Notes: generated from the letters alone by a model not told the origin. A stretch of 48,599 bases of DNA from Octopus bimaculoides (GCF_001194135.2 NC_068984.1:30427069-30475667), one strand, 5' to 3'; numbered from the stretch's first letter, positions 25,042-37,470 are shown. Made by a program: numbers and translations.

Positions 25042-25738
25042 NNNNNNNNNNNNNNNNNNNNNNNNNNNNNNNNNNNNNNNNNNNNNNNNNNNNNNNNNNN
25101 NNNNNNNNNNNNNNNNNNNNNNNNNNNNNNNNNNNNNNNNNNNNNNNNNNNNNNNNNNNNNNNNNNNNNNNNNNNNNNNNNNNNNNNNNNNNNNNNNNNN
25201 NNNNNNNNNNNNNNNNNNNNNNNNNNNNNNNNNNNNNNNNNNNNNNNNNNNNNNNNNNNNNNNNNNNNNNNNNNNNNNNNNNNNNNNNNNNNNNNNNNNN
25301 NNNNNNNNNNNNNNNNNNNNNNNNNNNNNNNNNNNNNNNNNNNNNNNNNNNNNNNNNNNNNNNNNNNNNNNNNNNNNNNNNNNNNNNNNNNNNNNNNNNN
25401 NNNNNNNNNNNNNNNNNNNNNNNNNNNNNNNNNNNNNNNNNNNNNNNNNNNNNNNNNNNNNNNNNNNNNNNNNNNNNNNNNNNNNNNNNNNNNNNNNNNN
25501 NNNNNNNNNNNNNNNNNNNNNNNNNNNNNNNNNNNNNNNNNNNNNNNNNNNNNNNNNNNNNNNNNNNNNNNNNNNNNNNNNNNNNNNNNNNNNNNNNNNN
25601 NNNNNNNNNNNNNNNNNNNNNNNNNNNNNNNNNNNNNNNNNNNNNNNNNNNNNNNNNNNNNNNNNNNNNNNNNNNNNNNNNNNNNNNNNNNNNNNNNNNN
25701 NNNNNNNNNNNNNNNNNNNNNNNNNNNNNNNNNNNNNN
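25042..25738. other. Assembly gap (largest of 11)
   Basis: N runs at 486-669, 12544-12948, 14734-14833, 15356-16024, 17450-17459, 22293-22691, 23126-23188, 23713-23797, 25042-25738, 26499-26508 and 45481-45657, mostly bordered by microsatellites. Confidence 0.99.
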
Positions 25739-26462
25739 ATAAATATATCTCTATCTCTCAAACTATCTATCTATTTATCAATCTTAATATATATATATAT
25801 AAGGATACATACGCATAACACACATGCACATACACATGCATACATACATACATACATATATATATCATGAGATTATGGGAGAAAGAGAGATGCAATGGAA
25901 ATGACAGAACGAAACAACCAGGCAGTAAAAATAACACTCCAGTGTATTATTTTGTGTTGAGCCTATCCTTAGATACTACATCAACTTGTGTATTGTATCT
26001 ATCCTTAAATAAATGTCTATGTCCTCAATTAATCAACCAAATATATTTTTAGTGTATCTTTATTGTAGACAGATTTATCTCTGAAACATTCACTTTTCTT
26101 TTCCCTTTCTTTTCGGATTTTTGTTTTTTTTAGCTGAAGGCAACCAAACTTTTTGCCATGGAGCCTCCTGTATAATATACCACTAATTGAACCACACACT
26201 GGAATAAATCAAGCTTACAAATAATGAAATAACATTATTCTATATTTCTATGTATATAAGTGTGTGTCTATCTTTCCATCTATCTATCTGTCTGTCTGTC
26301 AGTCTGCCCATATCTCTCAAATGATCTTTATATCTATCATCTGCCTGTCTTTCTGCATGCCTGTCTGTCTGTCTATCTATCTGCTTGTCTGTCTATCTAC
26401 CTATCTATATCTATCTGCCTGTCACTCTATCTCTGCCTGTTTTTTTCTCTCACTCTCTGTAT

Positions 26463-26498
<36 letters not shown>

Positions 26499-26601
26499 NN
26501 NNNNNNNNTCTCTCTCTCTCTCTATGACCTTTCATCATCTGACACAAGATCACCCCCTCCAATGCCCCTTCCTACTTGAAAGTATTTTTTTTCTTTTGTC
26601 T

Positions 26602-26812
26602 TGCAAGTACTTGGTGACCCTGTCAGTGCTGGTGCCTCTTAAAAGCACCCAGTCCACACTGTAAAGTGGTTGGTGTTAGGAAGTGCATCCAGCTGAAAAA
26701 ATCCTGCCAAAACAGGGACAGAAGTTTGGTGCTGGCTTCTGCCTGACCTGCTCTTGTGAAACAATCCCACCATTCTAGCATGGAAGGCAGACATTAAGCA
26801 TTGATGATGAAT
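26602..26812 (+). mobile_element. SINE-like family C
   Basis: AAAAGCACCCAGTCCACACTGTAAAGTGGTTGGTGTTAGGAAGTGCATCCAGC...AGCATGGAAGGCAGACATTAAGCATTGATGATGA. Confidence 0.8.
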
Positions 26813-27087
26813 GTTTACATTATTATTAAATACTCATTTTTATATATATATATATTTATATATATATATACATATATACTTTAAATAGAGCTCAAAACTG
26901 ATCTGTTGAAAATACTTTATTACAAGAATAATAATAATATTAATAATAATAATGAAATTGACCTATTCAAGGTTGATATATATATACAAAAACTCAACTG
27001 AGTTTTTTGCTAAGATTGTTAACAGATACTATATTCTTTTGCCAAATTTTTGGTGAAAAAAAAAATATTTAAACACATATATATATG

Positions 27088-27134
<47 letters not shown>

Positions 27135-27699
27135 GTATGTGTGTGTGTGTGTGGATAGATATAATTAATGTGTGCATGTAAGCATCTTTGTGCATGTTTG
27201 AGTGTGTTTAAAAGTATCAGTGTCTGACAGAGTAATTCTCTTTGTATACACGTCTATGTGTGTGTTTGTGTGAGCATGTATGCTTCTCTACATATGTGTG
27301 TGCTTCTTTGTGTATATCAGTATATATAGATGTCTTGAAAACATTGTAATTTGTGATTAGTATATGATCTATAGGATCAAAAAAATTGAAAAGTAATAAT
27401 TATCATTCTGCAAAAGCAGTTATGAATATAATGCATATATATGAATATAATTTCTCTGGGTTTCACATTGCCAAATATGCAAATGATTGAATACTATTCA
27501 AGAAGCTTCAGCTACTAAATGTGTATACAAACTCTACTTTATGTATCAAGTAATCTTTTCCCATTTCTACACATTCATATTGAAAATATATGTCTATGAA
27601 CTAAAATTTATATTATTAAACAATTAAACAATAATAAATTAGACTTATTAGAACTACAAGTGAAGTCATTCGTTTATTTTTTCAAATACACACACAAAC

Positions 27700-27731
<32 letters not shown>

Positions 27732-28374
27732 TATTAGTTAGGCTATATTTTGTTAAGAACATAGTAGAGTATAGTATAAAACTTGTTCACCATCAGATTT
27801 CACCCAGTGCAATGATGATGATGATGACTACCAGATTTGTGGTGGAGCTTCTGTACTGTCTGAATGGATAATTGAATAAGTTGGATTCAACAAGAAAGAG
27901 TACAGAGGAACATTTATTTGAAATCACTACAATTGTTTCCACACAACGTAATTCTCCATGTTTGCAGGTATTTAGCTATGTAACCGTTTCCCTGCATTAT
28001 GTGATGTAGTTGTGTTTCATCAGGTGATATATAGATATCGTTTCTGTGTTCCATAAACTCAAATTTTTGGCTTTGATCACATACTTTCTATCCACTCAGA
28101 ATATTAAAATGTGTGTTGTAGTTGAAAATCTGTTGAACTTGCTTTAATTGTATCAATGGCTATGATATGGATGCTAAGTATTGAGGTTCATAGTAAAAAG
28201 AGTGCCAGTCTATTTCGTTGTACTGCTAATTCATTCTTCATGATCAGTTACACATGTAATTGCCATTAGTTGACCTTCAAGAGTTCACTGGTCATTCAGT
28301 TGATGAACTTACATGTACATCATTCTATATAGATCTACTTATATACACACAAAAAAAAGTACATATCAGTTTAG

Positions 28375-28510
28375 AAAAGCTTTCACACAATTTCCATCTA
28401 CCAAATCCATCCACATGATATTGGTCAGCTGTGAGCTATAGAAGAAAGCATTCCCAAGGGTTTACACGACAGAACTGAACCCCAAACCTCGTGGCTGTGA
28501 AGTGAACTCT
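28375..28510 (-). mobile_element. SINE family A head, degenerate
   Basis: TCCATCTACCAAATCCA...GCTATAGAAGAAAGCA...ACTGAACCC aligns to the reverse complement of the family A head. Confidence 0.65.
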
Positions 28511-29331
28511 TGGGGGTATAGTAAGTGTGCGAAATTAAAAGATTTAGATTCTTATTCTTATGACAATCATTTTGTGTCCAGATTATTTATGAAACTTACT
28601 ACTTAATATTTTAATTAAGAGTTGTCATTATATACTTTCATTCCTTGTAATTGACCTTATGAAATCTGTGTTTCAATAACAACCAGTTTAGTATTTAAAT
28701 GACATCCATGCTCTTCAAACATTTTCTCTAGTACTTAGCTAAAGATGACACCAACAAAAATGTTTGAGTTCAGTCATAGTTGCGACTAATGACCAGTATA
28801 ATTTTTCAACAATGATCAAATTTACTTGACCAAGTAGTAAAATTCTCATCTTCAGATCTGATTAAATAAGTCAGGTTTAACAAAAAAAAAAATAAATAAA
28901 TAAATAAAAATAGAATGAGACAGTATGTGAGCATCTATCTACTAAGATTTGCTGAAGATAAACTGGGATTGAATCAATGAGAGAACAATACCTAGTGTAG
29001 CAAGATCAAAGTGGCATGCATTGATTATTTCCCATGCTGGTTGATATGGGAAATTCTGTTTAAGTCAAATGAAATCAATAACCTTCAAGTCACACACACA
29101 CACATAGACACATTCATTCCTTTTTGTTTTGGTTTTGGTATAAGAGTATTGTAGGTTAGGTGGTATTATAAAAGATTTATGAGGAGCAGAGAGAAATCCT
29201 TACACTGGATGTGTAATTCTAGTGCATGTTTGTGGTATCCTAAGCTCATAGAAATAAGTATTAGTTACCGTTTATCTTTTACATGTTTCAGTCATTGTGT
29301 TGTAGCCATGCTGGGGCACTACTTTAGTGAG

Positions 29332-29620
29332 TACATGGTTTGATTAATAAGTATCCGGACTGTTGCCATAGTAATGAAGCTAAAGCACACAGTAAAGCCG
29401 TTTGACACAAATTGACCTTGAACACTGCTGTGTGTATGCACTAGGTTTTAAGGTTCAAGCTCACTTACACTGCTTACAGCAATGCTTGGAAGGAAGGTAT
29501 GTAGCATGTGATTGTCGCATTGATCGTCACAGAGAAAGTTGAGCAGAGAAACTGCATCAAATTTTGCCAAAAGCTTGGTGATACCTGTTCAAAGGCTTAC
29601 GCACATTTTCAAAAAGTTTT
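29332..29620 (+). mobile_element. Mariner 5' end (TIR-like start, UTR, transposase N-terminus)
   Basis: Starts TACATGGTTTGATTAATAAGTATCCGGACTG (mariner-type terminus, from memory). Encodes TEKVEQRNCIKFCQKLGDTCSKAYAHFQKV, matching the mariner EQRxxIKFCxKLG motif. Confidence 0.85.
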
Positions 29621-29982
29621 CATCATCCTCGCCCAATCAAGGAATTCTTGTGCAACTGAAACCCAAGTGTCTTTTTGGTTAGCTGAAAACAATTTTGGCA
29701 CAAACTTGGCAGACACACATATCATACTCACATCTTCAGCGATAATGGACTGAACTGAACCATAACCAATCTGCACATTGTCTGATAACTCAAAGATGGT
29801 GATTCAATGATTTCCCCTCACATATGTAATATTTTTCTCAGTTCTCCTGGTTATGTGTCTCCCAGAATGTTCCTCACTATCAACATTTTTTCAGTCATCT
29901 TGGAAACTTCTAAACCACTCGTACACTTGTGTGCAGCTCATACACTCCACTCTGTACACTTTGCATAGGTTTGTTAGCAGGT
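29611..29982 (-). mobile_element. Mariner transposase internal fragment, inverted relative to the adjacent 5' end
   Basis: Minus strand reads VYRVECMSCTQVYEWFRSFQDD*KNVDSEEHSGRH...SAKFVPKLFSANQKDTWVSVAQEFLD and then (shifted frame) DDENFL, i.e. HTH continuation through the FVPKL (WVPHEL-equivalent) motif. Confidence 0.85.
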
Positions 29983-30078
29983 TAAATAGACCCAGGTAGA
30001 GTTTGAACTTAAACTATAGAGTGATGCAAGATACCAAACACAAATATGATCCTTTGTGACTGAATAAAATGTCATTAA

Positions 30079-30309
30079 CCCTATTACTGCAGAAACCACT
30101 CGAAATTTCGTTACCCTTTACTGTGGAAAGGAGTTTTATATACCAATCTATCTTTTATTGAGTAATGTCACGTTTGAAACTATATTTCATTGAGCTATAT
30201 CAAGTTTAATGAGGCAACGTAATTTGCAGAAATACCAGCTCTATTTTTTTAGAGGATATTTAATATCATAAGTGGAATAACCATGGAATTTGATTTTACA
30301 TGTAAAGGG
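30079..30309. mobile_element. Possible piggyBac-type MITE
   Basis: TTAA|CCCTATTACTG at left (TTAA 30075-30078) and CATGTAAAGGG|TTAA at right (TTAA 30310-30313). CCC/GGG ends, imperfect TIRs, 231 bp, no ORF. Confidence 0.5.
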
Positions 30310-31344
30310 TTAAAAATATAATAAAATAAAATTTTGTTAGAATTATTTGCATTTAAAACGACATTTACACTTTAGCTTAGCCCGAGATTTTTGTACGTTA
30401 ATATCCACTCGAACTCCCTTGATGTTTCAATTTATTTCATTTTAATAGGCTCTTCTTGTTTATCTTATTATCAATCTAGACATCCTTAACAAGTCAATTA
30501 TCTCTAATAATGTCAGTTAATATCCTTTAATTTAACATTACTAACTTTAGTATCTTGCAGGAATGTGAGAGAAATAGTAGAGCACCAAAAGAGTGCCAGA
30601 AAGCATTTAATTTCTACCTTGTTTGTTCTGCATGCGGATCCTCTAAGTCATTTCAAATGACAATACACTAACCTAACAAAGATTAGGTTTGTACCTTCTC
30701 AAAAGAGATTTCAGATGGCCATGTGAATAGGGTAGTTGCAACCAGCTGAGAAGCAGAATTCTTGATGAATTAGAAATTTTCTTCAGTTAAAAGGCAAACT
30801 GCAATTAATTTAGGCTGTGTCTCTGTCCGTCCGCGCGCGCGCGTGCGTGCGTGCGTGCGTGTGTATGTGTGTGTGTGTGTGTGTGTGAGAGATGATGCAC
30901 TACCTCATCCCCTACAATGCCATAATTATTTAGATTCAAGTCAACTTGAGATATTTCCCTTAGCTTACTGTTTGCTTGTAACCAGCTGAGAGGGTGCTGG
31001 ATCATATCGTTCTTAAAATTATATCAATGTCGGACACTCAAGCATTTAGCTGATTCAAACCAATTACCTGTAGATAGGTACTACTGAGTTAAGAATACTT
31101 TGCTACACCAAGTAGGGGTAGCACAGTTGATTTAACAAGTGATTCGTCAGCTTCTAACTAAAAAGTGCAAAAATTGATTTCTCTACTGGGGAAGTTATCA
31201 GCAGTAGAACGGAGTCCTTTCCAGGAGAGAAGATTTATCTCACAACTGCTGAATGTTATAAAAACTTAGGCAAAAAAACAGATCATATGGATCACTAGGA
31301 TTCAGGAAAGGGTCATGAGGATTGTTGAAGATATTGGTTCCAAA

Positions 31345-31545
31345 TGTTGGCACCAGGCCAGCAAATTCAGTGGTAAGAACAAGTCATGCATCAATCTCAA
31401 GGATCAATTGATACTTATTTTATCAACCCTGAAAGGATAAAAGGCAAAGTCGACCTTGGCAGAATTGGAACTCAGAACATAAAGACAGACAAAGTGCTGC
31501 TATGCATTTTGCCTGGTGTGCAAACGATTCTGCCAGCTCGTTGCC
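31345..31545 (-). mobile_element. SINE family B
   Basis: Aligns with 6124-6320 (GAAAGGATAAAAGGCAAAGTCGACCTTGGCAGAATTGGAACTCAGAAC). Confidence 0.85.
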
Positions 31546-32119
31546 TTAGGATTGTTGAAGATGTTATTACCAATTATGTATTTATTCTTACCTAGGTGTT
31601 AATGAGATCAATGTCTCTTACATATAAAAGATAGCTCTTCTGAATATTATTGAAATTTGTTTTAAGCAAGAATATATTCTTAAGAGTTAGCATTCTGTAA
31701 TGCACCATTATATATAGCTTATTCGTTTTGTTGTATTTAAACTACATTGCTGCCAGTAATATCATTTTACTGTATATTGTATTCAAGTGTCATCTTTAAG
31801 AAGATAAATAATAAATGCCTATATGAAGAATGAATTCTAGAACAGAACAAAGGATAAATGAAGAACACACGAGGAAAAGTGGTAAGAAACAGGTGTACAT
31901 AGAAGCCATTGACTGTTAATACACATGCCAGCATGGACAATGGATGTTAAATGATGATGATGATTATAATCTGACTGGTTCAAGGTAAGATGCCTATTTT
32001 CTGTTTTTATGTAAATATTCTATATCTCTCAAAAGTTCGCCTTTAAACATTCTTGGTGGAAGAGTTACTTGCATTCTCACATTATATGGTAAATTTTCTT
32101 TCTAATAATATTGTTTCTA

Positions 32120-32250
32120 ACTAAAGCAAACAGCCAGAAATTGTCAGAATGAGGGCTTAGTTAATTATATTGAACCCAGTACAAGACTGATACTTATATT
32201 ATTGAAGAAGTGAAATGCAAGGTTGACCTTTGCTCAAACTATAAACTACA
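32120..32250 (-). mobile_element. SINE family B, degenerate
   Basis: CAGCCAGAAATT...CCCAGTACAAGACTGATACTTAT...GCAAGGTTGACCTT follows the family B order. Confidence 0.55.
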
Positions 32251-32333
32251 AATAATGCAAGATATTTTATCGAGGCTCAAGCAATTTTGTCAGTAATAAT
32301 AATCCTTTCCACACACATATACATATATACATG

Positions 32334-32372
<39 letters not shown>

Positions 32373-33094
32373 GCATATATATGTACACACATATATACAT
32401 ATGTATACATACTTATCCAAGTTCACATGGAAATTCATGAAAATGGCACATTATAACACCTAGAGAAAATAAAACAAAAGATTACAAGTTAGTTTCAGTG
32501 AGGGTACTCTATGATGCAGTTTTACAAATAATTTCTAAAATTGTGTGCTATTGCAACTAAAGGCACCAGTAAACATTTTCTGAGACATTTGGTGTTGAAA
32601 AGATTATCTTGTGGATAAGCCCTTTTGGGTTTGTATTTTCAATTTCATTAATTATCTATTATTTGTATGTTGATTATTAGTGTACCTAACTGCTTTACAG
32701 CTTCTTAGAAAGTCTGTGGTGCCACAGTTGCTAATTTTATTTTCTGCTTGTTTGTTTGATTTTCAAAGAATAATAAATCATGTTCATAGTTGTTCTTTTG
32801 TTTCCTTTGTTATTTTCCTATGAGAGTTATGTTTTCATCCGGAAATAATTGTTCCATCTCATCTGGTTTCATTGTTTTATGCTGATCCCTTTCTCTTTGA
32901 TTTATTCTCTCTTTATTCCTTTCATATTTTCAATGAACATTTGTAAATTTACAATTGTAATTATAACAATATGTAACATGATTTTTGTCCTTGATTAGCA
33001 ACTGTTATTTTCTATTTGCTTATCCCTAGAAAGTATGAAAAATAGTCAATATTTCCCTCAAACTTTGCATTCATTACATTTATTCAAACTGCAA

Positions 33095-33260
33095 AAGAAT
33101 ACCTCTCAACACATGGCTCTTATGCTCACCCACTACTTCTGCTCACTATCAGAGATGCACATATTGTCTGCCACTCAGGGACATGCTCAACTGGTTAAGG
33201 TCAAACAACTGACAAGCAAATCTGTGGTCTTGAGCAGAATATTTGCTATAACGATATTTC
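33095..33260 (+). repeat. Unclassified interspersed repeat family F
   Basis: AGATGCACATATT...GGGACATGCTCAACTGGTTAAGGTCAAACAACTGACAAGCAAATCTGTGGTCTTGAGCAGAATATTTG. Reverse-complement copy at 41270-41410. Confidence 0.7.
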
Positions 33261-33789
33261 TGCTTCAGTAACTCAGTGCTGGATCTGTTGGAAATGTAAT
33301 GGAAAATAGGTCAGTTTCAAAACGTTGATGTCCAGGTCACAAAAGCAAAGTGTGAAGGCAATAGCAGTCATTTCCTTTGATTTCTAGATAAATGCAAATA
33401 GGAAATAACACTTATTGACCAATGACAAAACAAAAAGAAATTGTTACACAATGCTGTTACTTCTACATCGAATGTTGAAACTGCAGTACTACAGTTTCAT
33501 ACTGTTCTCTAATTCTATATCTATTTGTGGTACTCATCATGCAGATATTTCACTAGCCCTCCCTAGACTTTTGGCCCACTCTCTCTGAAAATTAGGGGTT
33601 TGCTGTTGCTGTTGATCCCTGTTGTTTTTGTTTTCATGTTTTATTTTAATTTTATTTTCTTCATTTATTTATTGCTAATTATTTCTTCTGTAGATTCAGC
33701 TCTAAGATGAGTTTTACTCCAAACAAAAGTAGCAACTAGGCTTTCAACTATGTATCATATTATGGGTGAGTAGACATGGATCTACATTA

Positions 33790-34795
33790 TTTCCAGTGTT
33801 TCTTTTTGTAACTCCATGTACTGAGATACGGTTGTATAGTCATTGGTATGTCTGACTATTTCTAACAGTCTTTTTCTTGAGTCTTTAGTTTGAAATATGT
33901 GGCAGATACTGCTATAGCTGTTGACCTCAGCAGAATTTGAACATAAAGCATAGAAAGGAAAAAGAAATAATGCAAAGCATTTGTTCTGATTCTGCCAGAT
34001 CACAGACGTTAAAAAGATTGGGGATGTGTTATGAGGATAATAATAACAATGGCATACCACTCCCATGTGATGAGTGGTATGTGCTAGTCATTACAAAAAC
34101 TGTGAGGTTGAGAAGTTGGGGTAGTCGGTCATAGATAGTCATGTCTTACTTGTCTAATTAACTATACTGCTATACCAGAGTGGACATTATAACAGTCTGT
34201 CATGGATTACAACAGTGGTGATGAGGAATTAAGAAACTCAAAAGGATTACACAAACTCACAAGGTGTTATGAAACTCACAAAAGATACCGTGCAAAATTT
34301 ACAGTATACAAAAGTGTAAAATTATGGAAGATTTGTTGGCCACTTTGCATTATGATCACAGTAAAGTCGTGCGACAAGTTCATGGATGGTGACTTGTGTC
34401 TCCATTGCTCACATTTTGTCAGTAGTTACATATTGATAGTCTCCTACTGCATGGTTTATCTTCAGTTTTGATTTCCTATTATTTAGACTTCATCTCTCTG
34501 TAGATAGTGTTGTTGTCAACTGTGTCATCTCTGTAGACAGCCTTTAGCTTTATGCAGATTCGAGCAGCCTGCTCCTTTTCTTCCTCAAGAACACAATGTT
34601 GGCAGATTGCTTTTGCCTCGAACCCATCCTTTACCTACAAACAAGAGAATATGAAGAAGCATTACTCTTTACTTTTCCATTAATTTCTGCACAGCACTTG
34701 TATGATATTTCATATGTTCTCAAACCCTTTACTTCACAATTGGGTAAAGGTTATCCAAGGTAATACAGTTACTTCTTTGAATACATCATGATGCG
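33790..34795 (-). mobile_element. Old, highly degenerate near-full-length mariner relic
   Basis: Minus-strand pieces across frameshifts, in the expected order: MGSRQKQSANIVFL; RICIKLKAVYRDDTVDNNTIYR; EDKPCSRR; TIHELVARL; PHNTSPIFLTSVIW (HPPYSPDLAPSD-like); C-terminal NSAEVN...KRLLEIVRHTNDYTTVSQYME. Confidence 0.6.
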
Positions 34796-35329
34796 AATGT
34801 CTGCGTCTTTGACTTGCAGGAAATGCTAGTTATTCATTTTCAGTATTGATTTTTTACACAAGCATAAGACCAAAAATGTACAGAAGTGTGCAATTGATTG
34901 AGTAATGTTCTTTATTAAGTAATTATATTTTATTAATAATTATATAATATTGTATATTAAGTTATATTAACATAAAATTTCTTTTGAATTGAATTCAGTC
35001 TGAGAGATAAGTTTCAGTTTCCATCCATACTCAAAGATAATTAAATACCAACAATATTCTGAAAACTTATAAATTTTTATACTCTAAGCCTTCTTGCTTA
35101 TGGCTGGCTTGATCAACAAAGGTTCATTTTTATGATTAGTCAGAGGAAGAAGAACAGCTCCCAAGACCTTTTACATTACCACTGAGATTAATGTAGGGAT
35201 GAGAGAAAGTTATATTTTCTTCGAAGAACTGGAGTAAATGTTTGCAACAGACTAGACAATGGTTTTAAATCAGGTAATACATTAGATATACCCTAAACAC
35301 CTCTTAAACAGGATTGATCCCTCTGGTAA

Positions 35330-35480
35330 GTTTCCATATAGAGTCTGTCTACCAACTTTTGATGCACAGACAATTGTTGAATGCAAAACTGAAGTAGAAG
35401 ACACTTAAAGTGATGTGCCATAGGATTGAACCTCAAAACCATGTCGTGGTGAAGGAAACTTCTTAACCACACAGCTATAT
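35330..35480 (-). mobile_element. SINE family A head, degenerate
   Basis: GTAGAAGACACTT...GATTGAACC...ACTTCTTAACCACACAGC aligns to the reverse complement of the family A head. Confidence 0.65.
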
Positions 35481-35799
35481 CTGAGTCTACAGCTCCTCTC
35501 TTACAATAACTGATTAATGCCAAGTCACAGTGAATCAGTATTATTATTCTCTCATAGACAACAAACGTAGTCAAGATAGTAAAACATAAGGTTAAATGCA
35601 CTGCAATACTTTGTTTTCTTCTCTTTAAAATTTTGTTCCGTCCCTTGATTTTTTTCCTTTCATTTCTCTAGGGTTTAAATATGTAGAAGTAGAAATATAA
35701 TTGAGTCATTTAGCTTCACAACATAGCCTCTTCTATTACAAATTGGCCCCATGCTAAAGGAAGAAATCTATATTATTGTTGTCATTATTATGTGACTTG

Positions 35800-35992
35800 T
35801 TAAAAGAAGAAATCAATATTGCTATTCATTTCGAGATTCTGACTTCTAATAAATTATTCTCATTGCTCTTGGATTTATAATCTCTGAAAACCCATTGATT
35901 GTTGCTGCTATCACTGATTTGGGAGTAGTGAGTACCATTCTCACAGCTAATTCTGAATATGGGATTTCTGCTCCATTACTGATGGCTTTCAC
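35800..35992 (-). mobile_element. Possible hAT transposase dimerisation-domain relic
   Basis: VKAISNGAEIPYSELAVRMVLTTPKSVIAATINGFSEII resembles the hAT motif P.L..A.R..LT.P.SVA..ERSFS; a shifted frame continues with RISK*IAIL (ERLNxLAIL-like). Confidence 0.35.
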
Positions 35993-36219
35993 TCAATTCC
36001 AAATTCCAAACAGATGATTGTTCATCTTTGACTTTCGGGGCCATATAACTTTCACCTTAAATGTTAGATAGCTATCTTTTGACCTAAAGGGTCAGATGGT
36101 TTTCTTTGACCTTAAAGGCTTATCCAAAATATCAAAGCTGAAGATCAGAGCAACATCTAATTTTCTAGATGGTTATTGATTGATTTGTTGGATTTAAAGT
36201 AAAGTTGCTGTTTTTGTTA

Positions 36220-36480
36220 GCAGTGGTGGTGGTGGTCATGATGCTAATGATGATGATGATAGTAATGATGATGATGATGATGATGATACTAACACTGATA
36301 CTGAAGATGAGGAATAGGAGAAGAACAGAGTGGTGGTGGTGGTTATTGTAGTGGTAGGGATGATGGTAAGAGTGATGATAATGATGGATGATGATGACGA
36401 TAATGGTGATGATGGTGGGGGTAGTAAAAGTAGTAGTATTAGTAGAGGTGGAGATGATGATGAAGATGATGATGAAAGTA
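36220..36480. repeat. Compound GAT/GGT/AGT trinucleotide tract
   Basis: Visible imperfect triplet repeats. Similar tracts at 7375-7490, 13400-13470, 39660-39990, 40805-40860 and 42210-42455. Confidence 0.9.
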
Positions 36481-36945
36481 TTCAAATCCTGTCAACAAAC
36501 TGACTATATTGTGCATTGAGATTGGTCTTCTTAGCTAAGCTAACCTCTTAGTCATGTCCAGATTTCAAACTAAATATACTGTTTATATGTTGCAGCAAAT
36601 TTTGAGAATTAATGAAAATTGTGGGGGAAAAAGTTCAGCGCAATAACTAGCTTATTCATTTTTAAGCTAACATCTTGAACATAATTGAAAGAAATCTTAA
36701 ATAAAATATGAATAGTTCTACTTTGAAAAAAAGAAGACTTTGTACCATAGAACCAGAGTCAGTTTCATATGGTTTGATACCAGGAGAGATAATAATTAGA
36801 AACATTTCATGTCAGTCAAACTACCGTAGAGCCAAATTAGTACAAGAAATACTGTTTTGAAGAATCAGATTGTTTATATTGAAAAGAAATACCTCCTCAT
36901 GGCCAGAGAAAATTCTTAAGGAAGACTTGAAACAAGCTACTTTAC

Positions 36946-37145
36946 TTGTTTACACAACTATCATGTGATACCAAGTAATCCTTGTTCACAACTATCATGT
37001 GATATCAAGTAATCCTTGTTCACAACTATCATGTGATATCAAGTAATCCTTGTTCACAACTATCATGTGATATCAAGTAACCCTTGTTCACAACTATCAT
37101 GTGATATCAAGTAACCCTTGTTCACAACTATCATGTGATATCAAG
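36946..37145. repeat. 34-bp minisatellite, about 6 copies
   Basis: Unit CTTGTTCACAACTATCATGTGATATCAAGTAA(T/C)C, starts at about 36946, 36981, 37015, 37049, 37083 and 37117. Confidence 0.97.
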
Positions 37146-37214
37146 AAAGGGGTACATATAGACATACATGCATAAACATATCATATATAATATATTTATC
37201 TATCTACCAATAAA

Positions 37215-37470
37215 TCATCATCATCATTGTTTAATGTTCACTTTCCATGCTGGTATGAGTTTGATGGTTTGACATGGAGCTGACTAGCTGCGAGCTGTCC
37301 AGACTCCAATTGTTTGTTGTGGTATGGTTTCTACAGCCGGAGATGTCCTTCCTAATTGCCAACCACTTAACAGAATGTGCTGCGTGCTATCTATGTGCTA
37401 CCACTCCAGGTGAGTTCACAACGCTAGCACGTTCTGGCAGCACTGACATGGCTGCTTTTTATGTGGTACC
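37215..37470 (-). mobile_element. SINE-like family C
   Basis: ATCATCATCATTGTTTAATGTTCACTTTCCATGCTGGTATGAG...GATGTCCTTCCTAATTGCCAACCAC. Confidence 0.8.

Noticed and set aside
27840-28320. Possible LINE endonuclease relic on the minus strand
   Set aside because: Only loose resemblance, with no diagnostic motif such as GDFNA or SDH.
30700-31255. Minus-strand frames with isolated TAA/TAG that might be recoded by A-to-I editing or an alternative code
   Set aside because: One or two stops per 40-60 codons is within chance across six frames, alternative splice sites avoid them, and there is no homology support.
36946-37145. CRISPR-like array (34-bp palindromic repeats)
   Set aside because: Units are head-to-tail with no unique spacers, there are no cas genes, and the context is eukaryotic.
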